Assembly: GCA_934274515.1 (NCBI GenBank)
Contig: CAKQTC010000001.1
Location: 141,491 to 205,490, forward strand
Direction: 5' to 3'
Origin: an uncultured Clostridia bacterium
GTDB taxonomy: Bacteria > Bacillota > Clostridia > Christensenellales > DTU072
Length of the DNA stretch: 64,000 nt
The position numbers and the translations under genes were made by a program. The notes under the pieces were generated by a model. That model saw only the letters and a program-made list of their open reading frames with translations, did no database searches and had not been told where the DNA came from. Positions 50,545 to 59,333 of the stretch are shown piece after piece (the stretch's first letter is position 1; each line of letters begins with the position of its first letter).

Positions 50545-52064
50545 TATTCCTCCGATACGCCGTTATTCGTTTCGTCACGAGTTTCCGTTTCGATTTCTCC
50601 GTTTTCCGCGAGTTCTTTCGCTTTTTTTCTTTCTTTGATTATCGCAACCGCCTCTTGTTGTTCTTTTTCGTTAAACTTATAGAACAGCAACGGAATTACG
50701 GTAAGGAAGAACGAGATAGCCGCCACCAAAACGAGTATTGTCCACATTTTGTCTTTGCCTGCTGCGGTTACCGACGACGGGTCGTTTGCTTCCACGCCTG
50801 CCATATAATACGCCAACACGCCGACAAACGCGCCTACCGCCATACCTATCTTGTTCATAAACGTCTGCATCGCAAAGCAAATACCTTCCGCTCTTTCCCC
50901 GGTTTTCATTTCGAGATATTCTACGGTATCGCCTATCATAGCGTAAGTGACGATATTCCCTATTCCGCTCGGAACGCCCGCAACGACAAGCGCGAGCATA
51001 AGTATTACGGTAGTCACCGTACTGGTGTAGTTACCTTTATCGAAAGCAATACCGACGATAAACGCGACAAGCATCGCTATTCCGCCTGCGACGTGCGACC
51101 AAATATAAGTGTTTCTCTTGCCGAATTTTTTGGTAAACAGCGGCACGAGCAGCGACGCGATAAGTCCGCCGGGAACTACCGCCATACTAAACAGTACGTA
51201 CACCGATTCTTTCATCATAACGTATTTTGCAAAATACAAACCGCCGGTATAAGTAAACAACATTCTCGCCGCGCCTAAGATACCCGAAAGGACTATGAGC
51301 ATAAGCGGTTTATTCTTAAACAAAAGTTTCAAATTATGTTTAAGCGACGGCGGATTTTCTTCCGTTTGGTTACGTTCTACCGTATTTTTGAACCCTATAA
51401 AGAACATCGGTAACGAAACGATTACGCATACGATAGCGATTACGAAGTAAATAGTTCTTAGTTTTTCTCCGGTTGCTTCGGGCGACAAACCTTTCGTTAG
51501 ATTATCCGTAATAAGCGGCACGATTATAGTAACGAGTCCTGCGCCGGCGGTACAGAACAGACGTGCTATTGTCAGAAGATTTCCGCGCCTGTACGTGTCG
51601 TTGCTCATCGCGGTGGACAATCCCCAGTAAGGAACGTCCGCCACCGTATAAATCATACCCCACAGAACGTACACTACGCTTATAGCGGCAAAACCGCCTT
51701 TACTGTTCGGGTACCACGGCAAGAAACATAGCACTGTCATAGCCGCTATCGGAAAAGCCATCCATTTAAGATACGGTCTGCATTTGCCCCATTTCGTTCT
51801 TGTCCTGTCCACGATAGAACCCATTATCGGGTCGTTTAACGCGTCGAAAATTCTCGCAAACAGCATTAAAAACGCTACCGACAGCGCGCCGAAACCTATT
51901 GCGTCCGTCATAAACACGGTGAGATACGATCCGATTATCGTACAAATTATGTTTTGTCCGAAACCGCATATCGAAAAACTCAACGCTTCTTTTGACTGCA
52001 TTTCGCCGTCCCCGGGGGTTGCGCCGAAAATTTTGTCCCAGAACTTCTTTTTCGTCTGCTCCAT
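50544..52064 (-). CDS. Glycoside-pentoside-hexuronide (GPH):cation symporter family transporter
   Basis: About 506 aa from ATG 52064 (SD aaagg). It has 12 TM helices and the GPH signature DALNDPIMGSIVDRTRTKWGKCRPY. Confidence 0.85.
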   Translation of the reverse strand: MEQTKKKFWDKIFGATPGDGEMQSKEALSFSICGFGQNIICTIIGSYLTVFMTDAIGFGALSVAFLMLFARIFDALNDPIMGSIVDRTRTKWGKCRPYLKWMAFPIAAMTVLCFLPWYPNSKGGFAAISVVYVLWGMIYTVADVPYWGLSTAMSNDTYRRGNLLTIARLFCTAGAGLVTIIVPLITDNLTKGLSPEATGEKLRTIYFVIAIVCVIVSLPMFFIGFKNTVERNQTEENPPSLKHNLKLLFKNKPLMLIVLSGILGAARMLFTYTGGLYFAKYVMMKESVYVLFSMAVVPGGLIASLLVPLFTKKFGKRNTYIWSHVAGGIAMLVAFIVGIAFDKGNYTSTVTTVILMLALVVAGVPSGIGNIVTYAMIGDTVEYLEMKTGERAEGICFAMQTFMNKIGMAVGAFVGVLAYYMAGVEANDPSSVTAAGKDKMWTILVLVAAISFFLTVIPLLFYKFNEKEQQEAVAIIKERKKAKELAENGEIETETRDETNNGVSEE

Positions 52065-52134
52065 TGTTACCTTTTCCTTCAATTTTTTATTTCGCGCATT
52101 TCGCGATTAAACCTTGTTGCGTTCGTTAAGACGC

Positions 52135-55100
52135 TTACGCCCACCTATGGTGTCTTCTTCTGCTTCTCATTCTTTCTTTTTTCGCTTTGTTTCCGCCGCC
52201 GAACACTATTCCGAGCGCAATGAGAATAATGATTACGAAAATTCCGACGCATATCCAAATAACGACGGGCGAAGTCTTTATTACTTTTTCTTTCGCGAAC
52301 ACAAAATCTTCGAGTTTGGTCGCTTTCGTTTTATATACGCCGTTTTCGTAAGTAAACTTTAACTCGCCGTACCCGTTTTCTCCGTATCCGAACAGTTTCA
52401 AATCGTCCGAAAACTTGAATTCTTTGGTTTTTAACCTTATCTCGTACGTCGGATATTCCGCTCTGTATTCCGCGCCGTCAAGATATATCTGCACGTCGAA
52501 CGAAGATATTATTTCGTATCGTTTCCCCTCGTTTTTATTTTCGAGATTTTGTTTAAGCGTCGTTTTCTTTTCTTCGGTAGCCGCTTTGTACACCAAATAC
52601 AGTTCCGGCAGAACCCCGTACGGACAATCGTTTTCGTCAAACGTGACGCCGACTACGTTCCCGGTAAGACTGCTGCTTTCTATCGTAAGCGTTCCTATCG
52701 TGAGCGTCGCTAGAAGTTCGAGCGTATTATAGTTTTTCGCGCTTACCGTCGCCTTAAATACATACGTTCCCTTGTCAACGAAATAATCTTTGTCGTAAAC
52801 TACGGTTACGTTCGGCCATTTCGTTTTGTCGTATGCGACTTCTATCGTGTGCCTTTCTCCGTCGTACAACACCTTTTTATCGCTAAACGAAAACCCTTCG
52901 AGCGTATCCGGGTGAACGGTATAAACGCTGTCCCCGTACGATATGGCAAAGTTTTTCGTATCGCCGTTATAGATTATGCTTATCGGATAATCGCCTGCGT
53001 CCGACGTCCTGTCTACGTTTACGCTCGCTTTCGTCGCCGCTTTGATTATCTCGGTTATTTCTTCGAGGTCCTCTCTCGAAAACTCCGACGCGTTCGCTCC
53101 TAACGACACGGCGACGGTTATTTCGCCTTGGTTCTCGGCTCCGTAAATTTGCCCGAAACTTACGGCATAAACGGTTATTTCCGCCGGTAAAACTTCGACG
53201 TAACCTTGAACGAACTCGAATTCGTAACACCGATTAAGTTCTTCTAATTCGTTTTTTCCGCCATCCTTGACATACGGTTCTATCGCGTATTCGCCTACCG
53301 TCGTGCGTTTTGCGGCAACCGACCTTACCTTCAAACAATTTCTTAACAGCAAGTCGTCCCCGTCAAGTATTTTACCGTCGATTTTTATCGCGGATACGAG
53401 CGTTTCGTCCTTTTCTTCGTCCGCATAATAGTATTTTTGTTTAATCGGCGCAACTACGCGAATTTTGCTCTTCACTATTTCTAATTGCGCGCTGTTTTCA
53501 AACGTGATTTCGTATTCGAACTCTTCGTCGTCGGCAACGATTTCGTAATATTCTTTGTTCCCTGCCGCCGCGGTGCCGTCCGCGTACACGGTGTATATCC
53601 CGGGGAATAATTTTCTTACGTCGATACGCTCTCTCGTCGTTTCTTCGCCTACGGTAACCTTAAACAACTCGACTCTTCCGTCGAATTTTTTTAGTTCAGC
53701 AATAGGTAACGTATAATCCGTACCCGAAATTTTTATTCGTTTTATCAATTTCGTAAAATCAACCGTTTCGGAATACGGGGAAACGACCGTGTTGCCGAGC
53801 GTCAACGTTACTCCAGCCTTGATTGCGGTAAACTCTACGGAAACTTGTTTTTCTCCGTAAAATTCTTTACCGCGGACGTAATACGTTTCGCTTTCGTCGA
53901 AAAACGCGCCGATTTCCACGGGTTTATATCCGCTTTCGTCTTTAATGAAATATCCGTCGGACGAAACCTTAATCTCGTTACACTCGCTTACTTCCAGCGT
54001 ATAGTATTTTTTGTCGGTTGCGGCGGTCGTATCCGACGTCGCGACAAACTCGTTTTCGATTTTTTCGTAACAGTTTTCGGGCAACTCGTCGCCTACGCTT
54101 ACCGCTACGGACGTATCGATGACGCGGTAATACTCTTTATTTTTCGCGTATTTTACGTCGGTGGTTTTTACATAACCGTTCACCGTTTTTTCATATACGT
54201 CGCCGTCGATTATGTAGTTTATCCGTTTTTCGAGATACCCTTTTGTTGCAGAAAACAGGTAGTCGTACGAATTTGTTCCGCTCGTAAGCGTTTCGTTTTC
54301 GTCTTGCGGTCGGAACGAGCCGACGATGGGGTTTCCGTTATAAACGAACTTAACGTCGTCCGCCACGGCGGTCGTCGGCAACGGGTCTCCGGCAATAAGC
54401 GTAACTCCTCCGCTCGCGGTAGCCGTCAACGATATTTTCTTTGCCTCGACTTTTATTTCCACGCTTTCGGCGTCTTTATAATACGAATTCCCTTTCGCTT
54501 TTACGATTACGGAAAACTCGCCTGCGGTTTTCGCTACGAACACGCCGTCCGATTTTTGCTCCGCGGCGGCGGTCCCTTCAATCACTTCGTAAACGAGTTT
54601 AACACCGGTCCCCGTCCCGTCCGAGGTTACGCTCGTCGCGCCGAGAGAAAACTCGCCGTTGACCGGCACCACTATCGACGTCGTTAGATTTGCGTTAAAA
54701 TCGTCGAATACGACGAACTGTTCCGTTTGGCTTTCGGTATCGACGACAAACAGCGGTATAACGACGGGGTCGAGTTTATAATTGCCGTCCACGCACTCCG
54801 CGCGCACGAAATACTCGCCCGTTTCGGTTATTCTCGACGGCAACGCTTTGGTTTCGTCGCCTTCTTTCGCGTCGCTCGCCGTTCTATACGCTTTCATCGA
54901 CAAAATCCCCGTTTTCGCTCCGGTTATTTCGGGATCGGGCAACGATTCTCCGCGGTATACTCTTATTTGCTTTGTCGTCACTTCTATCGGTTTCGGCTCG
55001 ATTGCGCCGTTCGCCGTCATTCGCTCGATAACGTAATTCGAAAAAACGGTTTCCGTTTCGGCGTCACGCCCGAGAAGTTTCGCATTGAAAACGGTTATCT

Positions 55101-57261
55101 CCTTGTCCGCTCCTGCGGCGGGGGTATCGTAAATCGCGCTTTCGTATGCAACCTCATATCCTTTTTCCGTCGCGGCGATAAGTTCGGTTTCGGTTTCTTC
55201 CGTGATTTGAATCTCGGTTATCGTTAAAGTCGCGACGGCAGTTTCGTCATAAATTTTCGTCGCTCCCGCAACTTTCTGCACGCTCGCCGTCACCGTCTTC
55301 GGATATATGGTGATTTGCGGCGGGTTTTCGGTTTTTATAACAGGGGCAAACCTATCGAAAAGCGTTTGGTCGTTTAACGACAACGTTACTTTCCTCACGC
55401 CGCTGTTTTTATCGTCCGCTTTTGCCGTAACGGAGCGCAATGCGATTACGTCGCCTGCCGCTCCCGTAACGTCGAGTTCCGCGTCCTCGTCGCCGATTAC
55501 GGTAACGTCGTCCGTTCCGTCGTATTGCCTGCTTTCAAATTTAATTTCCGCGCTTTTCGCGTTAATAAAAGACCTTAATATAAGCGTGGACGGCGTAATC
55601 GCCGCTTTTGCTCCGCTAATCGGCGTTTTTTCGTCAAACGTATAATTACCGCTCTCTTCTCGGCAGTTCTTAGCAAGAACGTAGGTGTTTCCCTTCGTTC
55701 TGCCGTATTCCGCGCCGCCACACTCGACAGAGATCTCCTGCGCGCCTACGCCGATAAATTTAAGCCCTTCGAGCGTATCGACGAACTTCCCGTTTTCGGC
55801 AAAAATTTTCGTCCCGTCGTATACTTTATCGAACGACGATTCCCCGCGGTAAACGACTTCGGTTATTTTCTTAGGCTTAATCGTGATTTTCCCCGTCGGA
55901 ACATACTCGCCGTCGCCCGCCGAGAATTCGTATTCGCCCGCGTCAACGGGTTTCTTTCCGTCGTCGAGTTTTGCTCCGCTTTTATAATAATCGACGCTCG
56001 CCCCGTCCGTTACGGGTACGGGATTTCCTCTTGCGTCAAGCGTCTTGAACGCGACTATTAGACTTTCCGCTGTCTTTTCTTCTCCGTCGTACTCGTACTC
56101 CCCGTCGTTTATCGCATACAAAACGCCGTCTTTTGCATTGACCGCGGTAATCGGGTTCTTCTCCTTGTCAAATCCTTTAACCGAAAAGTTTTTTGACGAA
56201 AAATCGACGGCATACGGCTCGTCGTCGCCTTTTTTATAGATGGTTTTCGTTTCTATTTCTTTTGCGGTAAAACTTTCTCCGTCGTCGGATAAAAACTTAA
56301 CGCCGTAAAACGCAACGCAGTCGTTGTTATACAACGCGAAACCGCCCGTAGCCTTAACGGATTTCGGCCATATCTTCCAAATTTTTTTGAACGACGCGAT
56401 TTTTTCGTTGCGGTCGCCGTACACGTCTACGTAAAGAACGTATTCTCCCGAATTTACAGGCTCCACCATAGTATCGGGGTCGCTCGACATCGCTGCGCGA
56501 ACGCGATGATAGTACCCTAACGTCGTGGCGGAAACAACGGATAATTCCGGATAACGCGCATAGCCGCAGTAATCGGTATTCACCGTGCTAGTGTTTTCGT
56601 CGTAAGAAACGTTTTCTCCGAATTTAAGGTCAAACCTCGCGCCCGAATAATCGCTCGTCGAAGTCGCTTTAAGTGCGACGTCATGAGCAAAATATATACC
56701 GCCGTCCTTTATTCCTTGCGAATAATATACGGTGAAAACAAACCGAACGTAAGCGACTTTTCCTTTGAGTAAAAGCGTGGCTTTTCTCCAAACCGCCTGT
56801 TCCGTTCCGCTGTCGCTTACGTCAACGTAGTCGGACAAAACGTATTTTTCCCCGTCGGCGGAAACGTACGCCGATATGCGATTCGGTACGGTCGATTTTT
56901 GTCTTGTAAAATATCGAACTTCCGCTTCGTAGTCGGTAGCGAAAATTTGCAACCGCGGCGAAGTAACGGACGCGTCCATCGAATACTGCTCGTCTTTCGT
57001 AGCGGCATTTTCATAATAAAACGCCGAGCGTCCGTCAAAAGTAACCGTTTCAAACTCGGACGCGTTTAGATAAGTTTGTTTTTCCCATTCCCCGACGGAT
57101 ACGTCAATCGAAACGGAATGCGGTTCCGTCGCGGGAGCAAACTTAATTCCGCCTTTTTTTTCGCTCGGTACGGCAATGAACGCGAGCAGGATAATTACCG
57201 CCGCCAAACCTGCCCAAAAAAGTATTTTCGATATTTTCAATACGTGCGAACGCGTAAACAT
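52135..57261 (-). CDS. Giant cell-surface protein (1708 aa) with an N-terminal signal/anchor helix, YDG-type (MBG-like) adhesin repeats and a C-terminal TM anchor
   Basis: Uninterrupted 5,127-nt ORF. The N-terminus has ILFWAGLAAVIILLAFIAV. Recurrent I.PK.(I/V)T....K.YDGT segments occur (KVYDGTKIF, RQYDGTDDV, KIYDETAVA). The C-terminus has VVIWICVGIFVIIILIALGIVF followed by the basic tail KKERMRSRRRHHRWA. No LPXTG motif. Confidence 0.75.
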   Translation of the reverse strand: MFTRSHVLKISKILFWAGLAAVIILLAFIAVPSEKKGGIKFAPATEPHSVSIDVSVGEWEKQTYLNASEFETVTFDGRSAFYYENAATKDEQYSMDASVTSPRLQIFATDYEAEVRYFTRQKSTVPNRISAYVSADGEKYVLSDYVDVSDSGTEQAVWRKATLLLKGKVAYVRFVFTVYYSQGIKDGGIYFAHDVALKATSTSDYSGARFDLKFGENVSYDENTSTVNTDYCGYARYPELSVVSATTLGYYHRVRAAMSSDPDTMVEPVNSGEYVLYVDVYGDRNEKIASFKKIWKIWPKSVKATGGFALYNNDCVAFYGVKFLSDDGESFTAKEIETKTIYKKGDDEPYAVDFSSKNFSVKGFDKEKNPITAVNAKDGVLYAINDGEYEYDGEEKTAESLIVAFKTLDARGNPVPVTDGASVDYYKSGAKLDDGKKPVDAGEYEFSAGDGEYVPTGKITIKPKKITEVVYRGESSFDKVYDGTKIFAENGKFVDTLEGLKFIGVGAQEISVECGGAEYGRTKGNTYVLAKNCREESGNYTFDEKTPISGAKAAITPSTLILRSFINAKSAEIKFESRQYDGTDDVTVIGDEDAELDVTGAAGDVIALRSVTAKADDKNSGVRKVTLSLNDQTLFDRFAPVIKTENPPQITIYPKTVTASVQKVAGATKIYDETAVATLTITEIQITEETETELIAATEKGYEVAYESAIYDTPAAGADKEITVFNAKLLGRDAETETVFSNYVIERMTANGAIEPKPIEVTTKQIRVYRGESLPDPEITGAKTGILSMKAYRTASDAKEGDETKALPSRITETGEYFVRAECVDGNYKLDPVVIPLFVVDTESQTEQFVVFDDFNANLTTSIVVPVNGEFSLGATSVTSDGTGTGVKLVYEVIEGTAAAEQKSDGVFVAKTAGEFSVIVKAKGNSYYKDAESVEIKVEAKKISLTATASGGVTLIAGDPLPTTAVADDVKFVYNGNPIVGSFRPQDENETLTSGTNSYDYLFSATKGYLEKRINYIIDGDVYEKTVNGYVKTTDVKYAKNKEYYRVIDTSVAVSVGDELPENCYEKIENEFVATSDTTAATDKKYYTLEVSECNEIKVSSDGYFIKDESGYKPVEIGAFFDESETYYVRGKEFYGEKQVSVEFTAIKAGVTLTLGNTVVSPYSETVDFTKLIKRIKISGTDYTLPIAELKKFDGRVELFKVTVGEETTRERIDVRKLFPGIYTVYADGTAAAGNKEYYEIVADDEEFEYEITFENSAQLEIVKSKIRVVAPIKQKYYYADEEKDETLVSAIKIDGKILDGDDLLLRNCLKVRSVAAKRTTVGEYAIEPYVKDGGKNELEELNRCYEFEFVQGYVEVLPAEITVYAVSFGQIYGAENQGEITVAVSLGANASEFSREDLEEITEIIKAATKASVNVDRTSDAGDYPISIIYNGDTKNFAISYGDSVYTVHPDTLEGFSFSDKKVLYDGERHTIEVAYDKTKWPNVTVVYDKDYFVDKGTYVFKATVSAKNYNTLELLATLTIGTLTIESSSLTGNVVGVTFDENDCPYGVLPELYLVYKAATEEKKTTLKQNLENKNEGKRYEIISSFDVQIYLDGAEYRAEYPTYEIRLKTKEFKFSDDLKLFGYGENGYGELKFTYENGVYKTKATKLEDFVFAKEKVIKTSPVVIWICVGIFVIIILIALGIVFGGGNKAKKERMRSRRRHHRWA

Positions 57262-57342
57262 AATTCTATTTTAACTCCGTACTTCGTGCGTGCGCGTGCT
57301 TACGCGCGCCATTACTGCGTATAACTATTTTTATACTAATAT

Positions 57343-57371
57343 AGTATACCATAAGACTTATCGATTGACAA
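57343..57371 (-). promoter_or_regulatory. Putative promoter of the 1708-aa protein gene
   Basis: Minus strand reads TTGTCA (57371-57366), a 17-nt spacer, then TATACT (57348-57343) with an upstream TGg (extended -10). Confidence 0.5.
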
Positions 57372-57442
57372 TACCCCAAATTTCCTCGCTCGATTTGAAA
57401 ACAAACTCCTCTTACAACGGAAAATTTTTTCTTAAATCGAAA

Positions 57443-57472
57443 AAACCGCTTGCCATAAGGCAAACGGTTTTT
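57443..57472 (-). terminator. Terminator after the small Lys-rich protein gene
   Basis: Minus strand reads aaaccgtttgcc-ttat-ggcaagcggttt followed by ttcgattt (one mismatch in the stem). Confidence 0.5.
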
Positions 57473-57496
57473 CGCTTTTTTAAGGTTTGTTTTCGC

Positions 57497-57748
57497 TTAT
57501 TTTTTCTTGCTTACGGTTTTCTTCGCCGCGGGTTTCTTTTCCGCTACCGGTTTTTCCGCCGCAGGCTTTTTCTCCGCGGGTTTCTTATTCGCTTTGTTAT
57601 AAGCCTTTGCGCAAGGGGTAACTTCGGTCTTTTCGCAAAAAGAACAATACTCGTACTCTCCGCACGTGTCCGCACCCTTTTCTTCGCTGTCAATCCACTT
57701 TTTTACGTCAAGTTTTTCTTGCAACTGCGCGTTAGTAAGTTTAGCCAT
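57497..57748 (-). CDS. Small Cys4 protein with a Lys/Ala/Pro-rich histone-H1-like tail
   Basis: 83 aa from ATG 57748 (SD aaaaggaggtac). Contains CGEYEYCSFCEKTEVTPC, then KKPAEKKPAAEKPVAEKKPAAKKTVSKKK. Confidence 0.6.
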   Translation of the reverse strand: MAKLTNAQLQEKLDVKKWIDSEEKGADTCGEYEYCSFCEKTEVTPCAKAYNKANKKPAEKKPAAEKPVAEKKPAAKKTVSKKK

Positions 57749-57944
57749 TTTTAAGTACCTCCTTTTGATTTTTTTTCTTATGCTATAATTATACAAAAAC
57801 CGATTTTTTTTGTAAAGCGTTTTTTAATTTTTGTGTAAATATTTTGATTTACTTATTTTTTACACCGCGCACAGGAGAAGTTTTTATTCCGGTTGCGGAC
57901 GACGGAACGAATATTATTCGGATAGAACAAACGGGTTAGTTTTA

Positions 57945-57973
57945 TTGACTTTGATGTAAAAAAATGATATATT
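57945..57973 (+). promoter_or_regulatory. Putative promoter of the exonuclease gene
   Basis: TTGACT (57945-57950), a 17-nt spacer, then TATATT (57968-57973). Confidence 0.5.
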
Positions 57974-58004
57974 TGATGAGGTTTTCAAAAAAGGAGTTAT
58001 TGAT

Positions 58005-59105
58005 TTGCAGTATTTGTTTTTCGACATAGAGGCGAGCGAAGGGCGCAGCATATGCAGTTTCGGTTATGTTTTGACCGACGAAACCTTTCGCGTCATTGCG
58101 AAGGAAGACGTACTGATTAACCCCGAGGCTAGATTTTGCACGCAAGCGTGGAACAAGAAAAAGCGCGAAGAAGGCAAAGGCATTACTTTGGCGTATCCCG
58201 AAAAAACGTTCCGCAAAAGCCCGTCGTTCCCGAAAAGATACGAAAAAATCAAAACCTTGCTCGAACGCGACGACCAAACGATTATCGGATTTTCTCATTC
58301 AAACGACGTGAGGTATCTTTGCACGGCGTGCAAACGGTACAGATTGCCGTTTTTCAGTTATACCTTTTTCGATATTCAAGACGTGTATAGGGAGTTTAGT
58401 CACGTTCCCGACCAAATTTCGCTTGAAAAAATCATTGCGGAACTAGGCGTAAACATCGACGGATACACACTGCACAGAAGCGACGACGACGCGGAAATCT
58501 CGATGCTGGTGGCAAAAGCGATTTGCGACAAGTCTTCGCTGAGTCTAGGCGAACTGATAAAAAAATACTCGCGGTACGTAGGCGAAACGCGAGACGGCGA
58601 AATTAAGTATAACGGCATAGACAGCGAGCGCGCAACGATAAAAAAAGCAAGAAACGCCTGCCGCGGCGTGGTCGCTAATTTTGCGAATAACATACGAATA
58701 ACGTATAAGAAAGGTTATCCCCTTTGCGGTAAGACAATCTGTGCGGGCTCCGCGCTCGAAAAAGACGATTGGATATTCGCTCTTAAACTTATAAGTTGTC
58801 TTGCCGAACAAGGCGCAAAATACGTAAGCAATATCCATAACGCGGATTACTACGTTATTTTCGGGGAAGACGAAGGCGAAAACGGCGACAGATTATCGTA
58901 CATAAAAAAGAACCTACCCGGCAAAATCAAAATCATCGAAAAACAAGAACTTTATGCTATGATGAAAATGACTGAGGCGGATATATTCGGATTTTGTTCG
59001 CCCAAAATCGATAAATTGAGCGCCCAAACAAGCAGATACGTGAACAAGATTTTGAAATCGGTTACCGTTGCGGACAAACCGCCCGTACCGAGAACGCATA
59101 TATAA
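58005..59105 (+). CDS. DEDDh 3'-5' exonuclease domain fused to a C-terminal BRCT-like domain
   Basis: 366 aa with a TTG start 7 nt after AAGGAG. Exo I is FFDIEAS, Exo II is GFSHSNDVRYL and Exo III is HRSDDDAE. The C-terminus GKTICAGSAL...AEQGAKYVSNI..ADYYVIFGED...IKIIEKQELYAMM follows the LigA-type BRCT pattern. Confidence 0.7.
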   Translation: MQYLFFDIEASEGRSICSFGYVLTDETFRVIAKEDVLINPEARFCTQAWNKKKREEGKGITLAYPEKTFRKSPSFPKRYEKIKTLLERDDQTIIGFSHSNDVRYLCTACKRYRLPFFSYTFFDIQDVYREFSHVPDQISLEKIIAELGVNIDGYTLHRSDDDAEISMLVAKAICDKSSLSLGELIKKYSRYVGETRDGEIKYNGIDSERATIKKARNACRGVVANFANNIRITYKKGYPLCGKTICAGSALEKDDWIFALKLISCLAEQGAKYVSNIHNADYYVIFGEDEGENGDRLSYIKKNLPGKIKIIEKQELYAMMKMTEADIFGFCSPKIDKLSAQTSRYVNKILKSVTVADKPPVPRTHI

Positions 59106-59265
59106 AAAAGGCTTCCCAAATAGGTACACCTCTACCGAGGAGTGCCTTTAACCGTTAATAGGAATATTCAGTTGTATCGCAATTTCATAATAGCACAACT
59201 GCGAAAAAAAAGCAATATACTTATCGAAAAAGGGACATAAAATAGTTTAATTCCGCCGCAAAACA

Positions 59266-59296
59266 AACGAACCGACGAAAAATTCGTCGGTTCGTT
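59266..59296. terminator. Bidirectional terminator between the exonuclease gene and fbp
   Basis: aacgaaccgacgaa-aaa-ttcgtcggttcgtt, a 14-bp perfect stem. Confidence 0.75.
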
Positions 59297-59333
59297 GCTC
59301 TTTAAGTTCGTTTTGTAATCTTTATATAAAGGT

